Shown in pieces: positions 8,670-19,097 of a stretch of 64,000 bases of DNA. The stretch is from IMG/VR virus record IMGVR_UViG_3300006139_000001; one strand, given 5' to 3'. The notes under the pieces are model-generated. The model had not been told where the DNA came from. It was given only the letters and a program-made list of their open reading frames with translations, and made no database searches. Positions within the stretch are counted from its first letter, which is position 1. Each line of letters begins with the position of its first letter. This DNA is from a virus. A program made the translations under genes and the position numbers.

Positions 8670-10894
8670 TAGACATCACCATCACTGTACGCTTTGTCAT
8701 CAATATGTAATACTCTCTCTTTGATTTCCTGTGTTCTACCCTGATTCCAGAAGTTAGTCCCGATATAGCCACACGTTCTTCTTGCAACACTCATCTTGTT
8801 CTGGTCACGGTTGCCACAATTTGGGCATTCCCAAATGAGCTTCCCAGAGGTTTTATCGGTAATGATTTTAATTTCCTTGTCATAACCGCAAACCATGCAG
8901 TAGTCGCTCTTAGAGTTGAGTTCTGCATACATAATATGATTGTAGATGAACTGCATTAACTGAATAACCACTTGAAGGTTGTCATTCATGTTCGGGATTT
9001 CAACATAGCTAATAGCACCACCAGGGGATAGCTTCTGGAATTTTGCTTCGAGTTCAAGTTTATCAAATGCGTTGATTTCCTCAAACACAGGAACATGATA
9101 TGAATTTGTAATATAGTTTCTATCGGTAATCCCATCGACTTCGCCAAAGCGCTTCTTTAGGCATTTTGCGAATTTATATGTAGTACTTTCGATTGGAGAA
9201 CCATACAAGCTATAATCAATATGTTCAGCTTCTTTCCACTGAGTACATTTATCATTAAGTGCTTGCATTACCTTCAGACCAAATTCTTCACCAATACCAC
9301 CATCTGTATGACTATTACCAGTCATATACTTCACGCATTCGTATAAACCAGCATAACCAAGGGAAATTGTGGAATATCCGTTATGAAGTAACTTATCAAT
9401 CGGTTCACCTTTTTTAAGTCTTGCAAGTGCGCCATGCTGCCACAGAATTGGAGCAACATCTGAAGGAGTTCCTTCAAGTCTCTTATGACGTAGCTGTAGT
9501 GCCTTATGGCAAAGTTCTGTACGGGTTTCAAACAGTTTCCAGAATGTGTCCATATCTTTGCCAGATGAAAGCGCAATATCAGGTAGATTGATAGTTACAA
9601 CACCCTGATTAAATCTTCCATAATACTGAGGTTTGCCCTTTTCGTTGATATAAGGAGTAAGGAAACTTCTGCAACCCATGCAGGGATAGCAATTACCATT
9701 TCCATTCTTATCAACCTTGTATTCAAGCATTTTCTTTTCAGAGATGTAATCTGGCACAAGTCGTTTTGCAGAACACTCAGCGGCAAGTTTAGTTAGATAG
9801 AAATACTTGCTATTCTCGTATACATTATCTTCCTCCAGAACATAGAGAAGTTTTGGAAATGCGGGAGTAACCCATGCGCCCTGTTCATTCTTTACACCCT
9901 GAATACGCTGCCTTAGTACTTCTTCGATAATAAGTGCGAGGTCTGCTTTTGTTCTATCATCTTTAGCTTCGCCGAGATACATAAATACAGATAAGAAAGG
10001 TGCTTGACCATTTGTTGTCATTAGTGTAACAACCTGGTACTGAATTGTTTGAACACCCTTGTTGATTTCATCTCTTAGGCGCTTATCAACAATATCCATA
10101 TATTCATTATAATCATCTTCGCTTTGTGGTTCATGTCCAGTAAATTCAATATATTCGGCTAATACCTGTTCTTTGATTTTCTTTCTGCTGACTTCAACAA
10201 ATGGAGCAAGATGAGTAAGGCTAATACTCTGACCGCCATACTGACTTGAAGCTACCTGTGCGATAATCTGAGTAGCGACATTACAAGCCGTTGAGAAACT
10301 ATGCGGTTTTTCAATCATAACATTGCTAATAACCGTACCATTTTGCAACATATCTTCAAGATTAATTAAGTCACAGTTATGTGTAGCATTCTGACCAAAA
10401 TAGTCCATATCGTGAAAATGGATAATACCATCTTCATGAGCTTGAATAATGTCTGGTGTAAGCAGCATTCTCATACTAATATCAGTGCTTTCGATACCAG
10501 CCATATAATCTCTTTGAGTAGTTACAAGCATTGCATTCTTATTGGAGTTTTCTTCATTCCAATATTCACTATTATGTTCTAACAACTCCATAATAGATTC
10601 ATCGGTTGAATTTTTTACATCTCTTTGAAACTCTCTAACTCTACGATAACCCTCATAAGATTTTGCAGTAAGCACTTCGCCTTTTGCAATCAGCTTATCA
10701 AAAACCATTTCTTCTACCATGTAGATGTCAAGGTCATTAACACCTTGCACTTCCGTCTCGATTTCACTAGCAATATTTCTTGCGATTTCTGGTTTAATAA
10801 TACCACTGCCAAATGTCATCGCCTTCATGATAGCTTCATAAATCTTTTCTTTGTTAAATGGGGCTTCGGAACAATCTCTTTTAATAATGTTCAT
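8669..10894 (-). CDS. nrdD: Anaerobic ribonucleoside-triphosphate reductase (class III RNR)
   Basis: 741 aa. C-terminal zinc ribbon CMVCGY...CPNCG and glycyl-radical motif RRTCGYIG. N-terminal ATP-cone-like region. Confidence 0.9.
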   Translation of the reverse strand: MNIIKRDCSEAPFNKEKIYEAIMKAMTFGSGIIKPEIARNIASEIETEVQGVNDLDIYMVEEMVFDKLIAKGEVLTAKSYEGYRRVREFQRDVKNSTDESIMELLEHNSEYWNEENSNKNAMLVTTQRDYMAGIESTDISMRMLLTPDIIQAHEDGIIHFHDMDYFGQNATHNCDLINLEDMLQNGTVISNVMIEKPHSFSTACNVATQIIAQVASSQYGGQSISLTHLAPFVEVSRKKIKEQVLAEYIEFTGHEPQSEDDYNEYMDIVDKRLRDEINKGVQTIQYQVVTLMTTNGQAPFLSVFMYLGEAKDDRTKADLALIIEEVLRQRIQGVKNEQGAWVTPAFPKLLYVLEEDNVYENSKYFYLTKLAAECSAKRLVPDYISEKKMLEYKVDKNGNGNCYPCMGCRSFLTPYINEKGKPQYYGRFNQGVVTINLPDIALSSGKDMDTFWKLFETRTELCHKALQLRHKRLEGTPSDVAPILWQHGALARLKKGEPIDKLLHNGYSTISLGYAGLYECVKYMTGNSHTDGGIGEEFGLKVMQALNDKCTQWKEAEHIDYSLYGSPIESTTYKFAKCLKKRFGEVDGITDRNYITNSYHVPVFEEINAFDKLELEAKFQKLSPGGAISYVEIPNMNDNLQVVIQLMQFIYNHIMYAELNSKSDYCMVCGYDKEIKIITDKTSGKLIWECPNCGNRDQNKMSVARRTCGYIGTNFWNQGRTQEIKERVLHIDDKAYSDGDV

Positions 10895-10927
10895 TCTAAC
10901 ACTCCTGTAATACTTTTTCTGATTTAA

Positions 10928-11323
10928 TTAAACAGACAAAAAACTTTGAATGTAATCAACAGCACTTTCATAGTTTGGTTCGAGATGAAAGATTACAGAT
11001 TTAATGTGCGGTTTTAATTCTGTATTTTGTTCTCCAATACCAATAACAAAAATGTGTTTATCGCCAAATGTATTTATAGAGTCGATGATACCAATTTCAT
11101 AAAGGTTGTTGTCATCAACTTCTTTTACATTTACAATTACAATATCACTGTTATAAATTTGCCGCTTATTCCATTCTACAAATTCTTTATCTTCTAATCC
11201 TACCTTATACAAAGGTGGGTGGATAAATGAAACCGCATTGCCACCTTGCAGATAGATTTCTTCAACCTGTCTACGCCATACCATATCATTTCCACCCATC
11301 GTATAAACCTTAATTCTTTTCAT
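10928..11323 (-). CDS. Nucleoside 2-deoxyribosyltransferase-like protein
   Basis: 131 aa, MKRIKVYTMGG...NSDIVIVNV...IGIIDS pattern resembling the NDT/DUF4406 fold. Context is nucleotide metabolism. Confidence 0.45.
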   Translation of the reverse strand: MKRIKVYTMGGNDMVWRRQVEEIYLQGGNAVSFIHPPLYKVGLEDKEFVEWNKRQIYNSDIVIVNVKEVDDNNLYEIGIIDSINTFGDKHIFVIGIGEQNTELKPHIKSVIFHLEPNYESAVDYIQSFLSV

Positions 11324-11912
11324 CTATGATACCCATATCAAATAGTGAAAGTTGTTCGTACTCAGGTTCGGGGGATTCTGTTTTAAGAATCTCTTGGAAA
11401 CACTTTAATACTTGGTTCTCATCCATATGGAACTTTGTATTATCAATTACATAATCGACTTCCTGGATTACTTCATCAAACTGCCCAACATCGGATAAAT
11501 TTCTTCTATATGCTTCATCAATATTATCACCACGAGCTAAGATATTGATTAGTCGAGAACGACGGTCAACATACACATAGATAGAGGTCACTTTATAGCC
11601 AAGTCGCTTTAGCGCTCTAAGACCAGCCGGAGTAAGAATAGCAATAGCATTTTCAGACTCACAATCAGTCTTTGCAGTACCATAAGACCAATCTCTATAT
11701 TTTGCGTGTTCAACGAAGAAGCCACGCTTTACAAATTCATCAAAGGTAGCTTGTGGAATGAAATGGTAATCAACTCCATCAACCTCTCCTTCTCTCATTG
11801 GTCTTGTGGTATATGTAACAATTTTGTGGTATTTCGGATTTGCTTCAATCAACATCTTCAAAAGAGTTGTTTTGCCAGAAGCAGATTCTCCAAGAATTAC
11901 AATCATACACAT
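11310..11912 (-). CDS. gmk: Guanylate kinase
   Basis: P-loop GESASGKTT plus the canonical GMP-kinase motif TTRPMREGEVDGVDYHF...YGT. Confidence 0.75.
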   Translation of the reverse strand: MCMIVILGESASGKTTLLKMLIEANPKYHKIVTYTTRPMREGEVDGVDYHFIPQATFDEFVKRGFFVEHAKYRDWSYGTAKTDCESENAIAILTPAGLRALKRLGYKVTSIYVYVDRRSRLINILARGDNIDEAYRRNLSDVGQFDEVIQEVDYVIDNTKFHMDENQVLKCFQEILKTESPEPEYEQLSLFDMGIIDEKN

Positions 11913-11920
11913 TCCCTTTC

Positions 11921-12268
11921 TTAGTCATATATTTCGGAAATATCAACTTCCAATGCATCTGCTTTTTCTGTAATGGTTAGGTCATCAAACACATCTTGGA
12001 GATATTCTTTTGCACAACCTTCGCAATAATCTTCTCCATCAATCCTATATGTAGCACCTTCTTTACCACATGAATCGCAATAATCTCTTGATACGTTTAT
12101 GTATGGGCATGAATTACCTAGACATCCCATTTCAGTAGGACAGCCCACACATTCATTTTCGTACTTACGCATTGGGCAACTCAATATCATCGAATACAAC
12201 AGGGATTCTCTGCTGTAGTTCTCTGCATAGTGGGATTGCAACTTCTCTAATCTGAGGATGAGCATCAT
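11921..12268 (-). CDS. Cys-rich small protein (zinc-ribbon-like). True start probably internal, since the 5' end overlaps thyX.
   Basis: Multiple CxxC pairs (CVGCP, CDSCG, CEGC). Confidence 0.3.
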   Translation of the reverse strand: MMLILRLEKLQSHYAENYSRESLLYSMILSCPMRKYENECVGCPTEMGCLGNSCPYINVSRDYCDSCGKEGATYRIDGEDYCEGCAKEYLQDVFDDLTITEKADALEVDISEIYD

Positions 12269-12845
12269 TCGTAGTTCTCAGCTTAAAGAATGTTCTCCAC
12301 TCTCTATAGTTAGCTGTAATAGTGATATTTGTTTTGGTTGAATTAGGAAGAACAGAACGAGCAATCTGCGGAGGTGCGCCAAGTTCAATCATTTTCATAT
12401 AATGTCTCTCAGCATCTTCCATAGCTCTCAACCACTCAGAATAAATTTCTCCAATAAGGTCTGCATCGAAGTTCTTCATCTTATTGTCGAGATTGATACC
12501 GCCAATTAGGTCGATTACAGCAATCTCACTACCATACTTATCTTTAGCATAGTTTACATATCTGGTGCTTTCTTGTGCAAAACTTGCAATTCTATGTCTT
12601 ACCATTTCGTGTGATACACCACGGTCACAAGTGAAAATAACAGACAATGTACTATGCTCAATCATAGCCTCATGATGGTTATTGATAAGCATTTTTACGA
12701 AACGTTTTGCACTTTCGCCATCTTCCGTAATCTTATCTTCTGACTTATAGCAAACACGTCCAATTCTTTCAATGTGTTTTAACTCATTAACGCCACCATC
12801 TGAAATTGGCGTAAGAATCTCATACCCTGCCTTTAAAATATTCAT
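12165..12845 (-). CDS. thyX: Flavin-dependent thymidylate synthase
   Basis: ThyX signature RHRIASFAQESTRY (RHRx7S). 226 aa. Confidence 0.8.
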   Translation of the reverse strand: MNILKAGYEILTPISDGGVNELKHIERIGRVCYKSEDKITEDGESAKRFVKMLINNHHEAMIEHSTLSVIFTCDRGVSHEMVRHRIASFAQESTRYVNYAKDKYGSEIAVIDLIGGINLDNKMKNFDADLIGEIYSEWLRAMEDAERHYMKMIELGAPPQIARSVLPNSTKTNITITANYREWRTFFKLRTTNDAHPQIREVAIPLCRELQQRIPVVFDDIELPNA

Positions 12846-12854
12846 CTAACACCC

Positions 12855-13085
12855 TCATTTCTTATTCGCTACACCCAATGACCGTTCACAAAAGTCAATA
12901 ATATCTTGAAGCCTCTCGTGTTCAGTTTTTGTGTTGTCTTTTGCCTTTTCGAGAACAACTCCGCAAATTGCCTTGCTACCAGCAAGTAAACCGGAGTCTC
13001 TGACTTTTTGCATTTGCTCTCTAATTTCTTTGTTAAGCTGCTTTTCTTGGCTTTTATTCATGTGATACCTCTTATTGTTGCTCAT
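12855..13085 (-). CDS. Hypothetical protein
   Basis: 76-aa ORF only. Confidence 0.3.
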   Translation of the reverse strand: MSNNKRYHMNKSQEKQLNKEIREQMQKVRDSGLLAGSKAICGVVLEKAKDNTKTEHERLQDIIDFCERSLGVANKK

Positions 13086-13533
13086 CGTACATCTTTGCGG
13101 TATTTATAAAAATCTGTTTAAGCTGAGAAGTCATATTAAACCGAGTCGTATTCACATCAATGCTTTTGAGAAGATTGCCATCATTATGTCGCATAGAAGA
13201 TGCTTTCCAATCACAGAACATCTCAACGAGGTCAACAAGAGTCATGTCATTGATGCCTTTTTCAAAATGCTCTGGATGATGTCTATAATTAGCATAATGA
13301 TGTTGTAATGCTGGTTTCATTTCTTCAAGAAATTGCATATATTCTTCGCTGCCATATGTAGTTTCTGCAAGTTTTGGAGTGTACTCAGCAAAGATTTCTA
13401 TTTCCGGACTTTCAAGTTTAAGTTTATCATGGTCTACTGCTCTGGTAATAAGTTTGCTTACAAATACCCTAATGACTTCTCTGACTTTTTCAATATGCTT
13501 GATTGTCTCAACTTGGCACTCCGCAATAGTCAT
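13072..13533 (-). CDS. Hypothetical protein (all-alpha; possibly an NTP-pyrophosphohydrolase-like fold)
   Basis: 153-aa ORF with no definitive motif. Mentioned because a MazG-like enzyme would be expected if the PurZ hypothesis were true; MazG identity is not established. Confidence 0.3.
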   Translation of the reverse strand: MTIAECQVETIKHIEKVREVIRVFVSKLITRAVDHDKLKLESPEIEIFAEYTPKLAETTYGSEEYMQFLEEMKPALQHHYANYRHHPEHFEKGINDMTLVDLVEMFCDWKASSMRHNDGNLLKSIDVNTTRFNMTSQLKQIFINTAKMYDEQQ

Positions 13534-13739
13534 AAGTTGCCTCCTATTTTATATACTTGTTGTTGAGCCTAACAGCGTGTTCGTTGCCTTATGCAATCAC
13601 TGTTGCCATCAAATGATGTCTCAGGGTTACTGGTTTGCTCAACCCTACTGGAAACCCTTTTTCGGATATTTTGTGTGTGGGAAACAAATAAAACAGCAAT
13701 TTTATTTGCATTCATTTGTTTTTCTGATTTACACAATCT

Positions 13740-13788
13740 ATTATAACATACTCCGCTCAATCTGTCAATGCTTTTTCTGATTTAATTC
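13740..13788 (-). promoter_or_regulatory. Consensus sigma-70/sigma-A promoter (TTGACA-17-TATAAT, minus strand) preceded by the conserved AATTAAATCAGAAAAA element
   Basis: rc(13763-13768)=TTGACA, 17-nt spacer, rc(13740-13745)=TATAAT. Conserved motif at 13771-13788. A second motif copy (variant) at 13721-13735. Confidence 0.6.
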
Positions 13789-15002
13789 TTCAATTCAATA
13801 AGATAATGGATAGTACATTGTTCTTCCTTATAGACAATTATTTCATCATTACGGAGCATACTTCCTTCGTGGGCATGTAAGCAATTTGCGCCAGGACAAT
13901 TTCTCTGTAGTGCTTCGTAGTTGAAATTATAATACTTGCTATCAAAAGAATACACATCATACGGCTTTCCATATGCGACATCCATTAAAGCCATGAACCC
14001 TGAGTTTGAACTACCTCTTGCCCAATAGCTACCAGATAGACTTGTGTAACCAAGTGACTTTCTTGCCTTTGGCGCATAATAAATACCATAACCAAACATC
14101 TTGCCAGTAATCACAGCATTTGTTGGTTTAAGCATCAAACCACTATTGATAATTGACCACCAGTTCTCATTGCGACTACCATGGAATAGTAACTTAGTAT
14201 CTTTGATATTATTTGCTTTTACAAATTCATCGTAACGTTTCTGAGTTTTAAGATTTTTAACTCTCCACGCTTTATAGAACTTATCTGCACAAGAACCAAG
14301 TGCCGCTTTAATTGTTGCAATGTCGTTGTTGTCGCATTCCTCAAATTCAAGACCAAGCTGTTCAAGGATAGTATAATCACATTTTTCAGTTTCTTTTTGC
14401 TCAGTCTCGTCGATAACCTGATGCTGTACTACCTGACCTCTCATAACGTCAAGAAGGTCTTGCTCTTTATCAATAATCTTCGCAAAATCATCTTTCGAGT
14501 TTGCCAGATAATACTTAACATTACTCATCTTGCGAGGAATCGTAACGAATAACTTTAGTAGAATGTCATTGAATTCGTCAACTGTTTTTGCATCAAGCAA
14601 ACTGGTCAAAATATTCTGCGCTTCATCAACCATTGCTTGTGTAACCTTATTGGATGAAATTGTATAGTTATCACTAATGGCTTTCTTAGCCATACTCTGC
14701 AATCTTTCAACAATCTCTGCGATTACTTTATTTTCGATTTCTCTGTATTTGCTATCAGTCTTAGGCTTCTCAACTTGTATTAAATCTTCAACTAAATCAC
14801 TTTGGTCAACATATCCTTTGCGTATTTTCTCGTTATATTTTGAATCCCATTGGCTCATAGGATATGTTCGGCGTTGTGGACTGCTCCCTACTCTACCGTA
14901 TTCGGCAGTCCAACTATCGCCATTAGGAATCTGTTTGTAATACTTATTGTTATTTGCAGAAGCCGTAACCATAACTAAATAGCGTGGTTTATAATCTGCC
15001 AT
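13782..15002 (-). CDS. Poly(ADP-ribose) polymerase homolog (WGR domain, helical regulatory domain, PARP catalytic domain)
   Basis: N-terminal WGR-like NNKYYKQIPNGDSWTAEYGRVGSSPQ. Catalytic H-Y-E triad intact: LLFHGSR, GKMFGYGIYYAP, RNDEIIVY. 406 aa. Confidence 0.8.
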   Translation of the reverse strand: MADYKPRYLVMVTASANNNKYYKQIPNGDSWTAEYGRVGSSPQRRTYPMSQWDSKYNEKIRKGYVDQSDLVEDLIQVEKPKTDSKYREIENKVIAEIVERLQSMAKKAISDNYTISSNKVTQAMVDEAQNILTSLLDAKTVDEFNDILLKLFVTIPRKMSNVKYYLANSKDDFAKIIDKEQDLLDVMRGQVVQHQVIDETEQKETEKCDYTILEQLGLEFEECDNNDIATIKAALGSCADKFYKAWRVKNLKTQKRYDEFVKANNIKDTKLLFHGSRNENWWSIINSGLMLKPTNAVITGKMFGYGIYYAPKARKSLGYTSLSGSYWARGSSNSGFMALMDVAYGKPYDVYSFDSKYYNFNYEALQRNCPGANCLHAHEGSMLRNDEIIVYKEEQCTIHYLIELKN

Positions 15003-15014
15003 AACAACAACTCC

Positions 15015-15452
15015 TTATAGTACATAAACTACAATCTCGATGTCTGAATCCTCAAACACATCCTCGATGACATCCACAACTCTATCCCAATCCAGCTTAT
15101 CAAGTCCTGCGCCAATTCTTGGCATAGCCAGCTTGGTAATATCCAAATTCTCACACTGTTCTCTCATATCAACAAGAGTTTCGTACAAGGAGTCGTATGT
15201 CGGCTTATGAAAACATCTTGCCTTAGTAACAAGGTTGAATACATTATCAACTAGTAGCGCTTCTCCTACATAGCCATACTTCTCTCCGTCCGCAATGGGA
15301 TAATCTCTGTACAGCTTGAAGCGCATATTGTACACTTCATCAAACTTCTTGGCAATGCCAGCACCAAGGGCAAAATCGCCAGAAATACAATGTGCAAGGT
15401 AATATCCCTGCGGTGCGGTAAACAAATCGCCGTTTTTCTCAGTAAAAGTCAT
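15015..15452 (-). CDS. Macro-domain protein (ADP-ribose binding/hydrolase, MacroD/DarG-like)
   Basis: YYLAHCISGDFALGAGIAKKF and MPRIGAGLD macro-domain motifs. 145 aa. Immediately downstream of the PARP gene. Confidence 0.8.
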   Translation of the reverse strand: MTFTEKNGDLFTAPQGYYLAHCISGDFALGAGIAKKFDEVYNMRFKLYRDYPIADGEKYGYVGEALLVDNVFNLVTKARCFHKPTYDSLYETLVDMREQCENLDITKLAMPRIGAGLDKLDWDRVVDVIEDVFEDSDIEIVVYVL

Positions 15453-15477
15453 AATTCATTCCTCCAAAAATATTTTG

Positions 15478-15780
15478 TTACTGAACTACATTGAAACTTC
15501 TCATGATTTGTGGATTTCTAAATTCTACAAATACTACTTCTGGTTCTTTCTTTGGTTTTATTTCTGCCTTTGCAAAGAACAACTTGACATATGTTAAGAT
15601 AACATTTGCAGTCGAATATAGAATTGCAACTGCGCCATCTCCATAGATATTATCAATGTAATATTCTTTGAAAGGATTGCAGAATAGTGAATTATCAATA
15701 GCCTCTTTTGGTGTTGCTGCCGAGACACGATATAACCGGATATTCTGCTCTAACACTCTAACAACTAAATATTCGCTCAT
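15478..15780 (-). CDS. Hypothetical protein
   Basis: 100-aa ORF overlapping the polymerase stop by 4 nt. Confidence 0.3.
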   Translation of the reverse strand: MSEYLVVRVLEQNIRLYRVSAATPKEAIDNSLFCNPFKEYYIDNIYGDGAVAILYSTANVILTYVKLFFAKAEIKPKKEPEVVFVEFRNPQIMRSFNVVQ

Positions 15781-18700
15781 ATGTTATCTACCTTTTCGTA
15801 CTTTGTTAGCCAAATTTCAGAAGTGCCAGGAATAGGCTCGTATGTACCATCTTCCAATCTTCTTGACTTTGGTTTTTTGTTTTGGCTTGATACACGGATA
15901 ATGTCACACTTTTCAAGTTTGTTTTTGTTGTAGGTTCTTTTATCAACCTTAACTTCAAGCATAGTACCATTTTTCAATGAATACACTTTTAATCTTGGTG
16001 AGTACTTTGTATCTACAGACATTATTGCTAACATCCTACTATATCTACTATCCGCAATATCGAGATAGCCAAGATGTTCTGTCTGGGCTTTAACCTTTTC
16101 CTTCAGGGTTCTTTTTTTGGATTCTATGTGCTTTGCAAGTTCCACTAAAAGACCTCTTGTATGTATCTTTGCGAACATCTTATCTGTTTCTCGTTCTGCA
16201 AATGGTCTTACAATATCATGTTTGATACCAAGGCTATCCAACTTATCTTTTTTGATTTGAACTTTACCACCAAATTCATCAAATAAACTTGAAAGTCTTA
16301 ACAGATAGTTCGCATCTCCAAATTCCTCAAAGAAATCAAGTTCAATAAGGATATTTAGTTGCCTGGAATTGAGACTCGTTTTCTCTTTGAGGTCATAGAG
16401 CAAATCAATGAAAGTGTTATAGCTGTTATCTTTTAATGCGTAGATTTCGTTCGCAACATTCGCATTCATAAACTTAATTGAAGAAATACCTTTGAATATC
16501 TGGTTTGTTTCCTTGTCAAAGCTATATTTTGCGATTGAATGTCTGAACTTAATTGGCGAAATCGTTATTCCACGCTTTTTTGCATAATCAATAATTGATA
16601 AGCTCTTTTCTTCTTTCCCCTCGAAGATATTCAGTGCTGTTGTAATAAATTCGAGAGGATAATAATACCTTAGATAGCCACAAATATAACCAATCCAAGA
16701 ATAAGGGTCTGCATGATTTTTTGAGAATAGATAAGCACTTGCATCTTCAATAACCTTGATGAAATTCACAATCAGTTTGTCTGATTCTTCTGATGAAACA
16801 CCATACTTCTCCATCATTGTTTTTGTAAAACCGGCTTTGATTTTCGGAATAAATTTCTCAGTACCAGTTTTCTTAGCAAATCCACGACGTACTATATCGG
16901 CTTCGCCCATTGTGTAACCACAAAATGAATGTAAGAACTCAATAATTTGTTCCTGGTAAACAAGATAGCCAAGGGTTGGCGCAAGAAAGTTGTTTAAAGC
17001 CTTATGCCCATTATCTTGATAAATACCTTGTGCAAGTTTATCACGGTACGACTCACCAGCCGGTCTGATAGCTCCGTTACCGATTGAAAGCAAATCCATA
17101 TATGATAAATTCTCATTACCTTCACGAATTCGCTTAATAGTTTCGTCGCTTAATAGTTGTCTTAAATATTGTGTAGCACTTTGAGACTCCCATTGGAATA
17201 TCATCGTAGTATCATCCCTAATGCTTTCCCATACTGCTGCATCGTCTGCTGGAATGTTATCCGGTGTTGCAAATGGAATACCAGCCATATCACAAGTTTT
17301 GTAAATTAGACCGATATTATCAAGACCAAGAATATCCAATTTGACGAAATTTAGAGAGTCAATCTCTTTCATGTTCAGAAGTGATATTGGATATTCATCG
17401 GAAGAAGTAGTAAAAGTGCCAAACCACTCATCAACCGGAATTGGAGAAACAACGCATCCCGCCGGATGATTACCAACAGAAACAACAACACCATTTACCA
17501 AATCAACATACTTAAACAGTTTCTTATACTGTTTTCTTAGTGATTCTTCATCTGTCTCAACTTGGTCACAAATTGCATCAACTTCTTTTAATGGAATCTC
17601 TAATGCTCTACCAATGTCACGAATAGCACCTTTTAGTGCAATAGTGTTGAACGTAACGATGTCACAGCAATACAATCCTTGCTTACCATACAGATAATCT
17701 TTAACAGCTTTTCTGTCCTCAGATAGCCAGTCAGAGTCAACATCTGCCAAGCTAACACGTTCCTTGTTCATGAAGCGCTCAAAGTTTAGGTTGTACTTAA
17801 CACTATCAATCTCCGTAATATATAGTAGATATGCGATAATACTGCCAGATACAGAACCACGAGAATAGCCGTATTTGATATTTAGCTTGCGCATCTCAGA
17901 TTTATAGTTTTCTTCAAGCAGCATAAAGTCAATAGCGCCATTGTGCTTGTAAACATCATATTCATAGTGAATTCTATCAAGATATTCCTGATAGTTTGGA
18001 TAATTCATTATTCCACGGCTTTTTACGCCTTCGTTTATTTTCTGCTTGAATACTTCTTCCGAATTCTCATACAATTTAGGGTATTTGGGTGAGTAATCCA
18101 GTTTGAATTCTTCGACCATATCTGCCATTACATTGGTGTTGTTAATTGCTTCGTAGACAACATCCATAGGTAAAGCATTTTGTTTTTTGAACGCTGTAAC
18201 TAATTGCTCAAACGACTTAAATGTTAAATCCCAATCGTCCTCATTTGCAAAGTGAACACCTTTTGCTTTTTGCAACATCAATCTACCATCAATGTGTTCA
18301 TCGTTTAAAGCATGTGTATCAGTTCCGGCAATAAGCGGTACTCCCATGTCTAAATGTAGCTGGTAGAGTAACTTATTATATTCTGCCTGGTCTTTGCAAT
18401 TGTGATGTTGGATTTCCAAAAAACATCTATGCTTATTCTTCTGAATAAAATTCAGAAATTTCTCTTTTGCTGAAGGTGTTCCGCTATACAAAACACCACC
18501 AAGACAAGCAGAGGTAACTATAATGTTATCAGATGTGGCAAAAAGTTCTTCAAACGAAATTCGTGGCATATAGTAGAAATGAAAATCATCTCTACAGAAT
18601 GATTTTGAAACAAGTTTGTTTAACTCTTTTACACCATCATAATTTTTCGCAATTAAGACAATATGGTAATTGTCTCTGCCTTTTTTATATCCTTCATCTT

Positions 18701-19085
18701 TAATTGTGTCTTTCTCAATAGGCACATCTTCTGATGTCTCTATATCTCTTGCGTATTGTATACCATCACTTGTTTCCCACGTTTCAAAAAATTGTATCTT
18801 TGTACCACCAAAAATACTTATCGCACTATATAGATGGGGCTTATTTTCGCTATCTTCTGTTAAATAAGCCTCAATAGCGTGGATATATTTCATACCACAA
18901 GATTCTATGTACTCTTTCTTTTTTAACCAGGCAAACAAAGAACCGTGTTCACTAAAAGCAAACGCTTTCATACCAAGTTTCTCTGCAACGTCAACATAAT
19001 CGTGAAAATCCGTGATACTATCAATATTTGTAACACCATTACTCAACATCGTATGAATATGATAAGGAGTATAGTTTTCAACCAT
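15777..19085 (-). CDS. DNA polymerase III alpha-type (DnaE-like) replicative polymerase with N-terminal PHP domain
   Basis: 1102 aa. PHP motif YHIHTMLSNG...AFSEHGS...HAIEAY. Polymerase palm/fingers region length consistent with the C-family. Confidence 0.8.
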   Translation of the reverse strand: MVENYTPYHIHTMLSNGVTNIDSITDFHDYVDVAEKLGMKAFAFSEHGSLFAWLKKKEYIESCGMKYIHAIEAYLTEDSENKPHLYSAISIFGGTKIQFFETWETSDGIQYARDIETSEDVPIEKDTIKDEGYKKGRDNYHIVLIAKNYDGVKELNKLVSKSFCRDDFHFYYMPRISFEELFATSDNIIVTSACLGGVLYSGTPSAKEKFLNFIQKNKHRCFLEIQHHNCKDQAEYNKLLYQLHLDMGVPLIAGTDTHALNDEHIDGRLMLQKAKGVHFANEDDWDLTFKSFEQLVTAFKKQNALPMDVVYEAINNTNVMADMVEEFKLDYSPKYPKLYENSEEVFKQKINEGVKSRGIMNYPNYQEYLDRIHYEYDVYKHNGAIDFMLLEENYKSEMRKLNIKYGYSRGSVSGSIIAYLLYITEIDSVKYNLNFERFMNKERVSLADVDSDWLSEDRKAVKDYLYGKQGLYCCDIVTFNTIALKGAIRDIGRALEIPLKEVDAICDQVETDEESLRKQYKKLFKYVDLVNGVVVSVGNHPAGCVVSPIPVDEWFGTFTTSSDEYPISLLNMKEIDSLNFVKLDILGLDNIGLIYKTCDMAGIPFATPDNIPADDAAVWESIRDDTTMIFQWESQSATQYLRQLLSDETIKRIREGNENLSYMDLLSIGNGAIRPAGESYRDKLAQGIYQDNGHKALNNFLAPTLGYLVYQEQIIEFLHSFCGYTMGEADIVRRGFAKKTGTEKFIPKIKAGFTKTMMEKYGVSSEESDKLIVNFIKVIEDASAYLFSKNHADPYSWIGYICGYLRYYYPLEFITTALNIFEGKEEKSLSIIDYAKKRGITISPIKFRHSIAKYSFDKETNQIFKGISSIKFMNANVANEIYALKDNSYNTFIDLLYDLKEKTSLNSRQLNILIELDFFEEFGDANYLLRLSSLFDEFGGKVQIKKDKLDSLGIKHDIVRPFAERETDKMFAKIHTRGLLVELAKHIESKKRTLKEKVKAQTEHLGYLDIADSRYSRMLAIMSVDTKYSPRLKVYSLKNGTMLEVKVDKRTYNKNKLEKCDIIRVSSQNKKPKSRRLEDGTYEPIPGTSEIWLTKYEKVDNI

Positions 19086-19097
19086 ATTACACTACCT

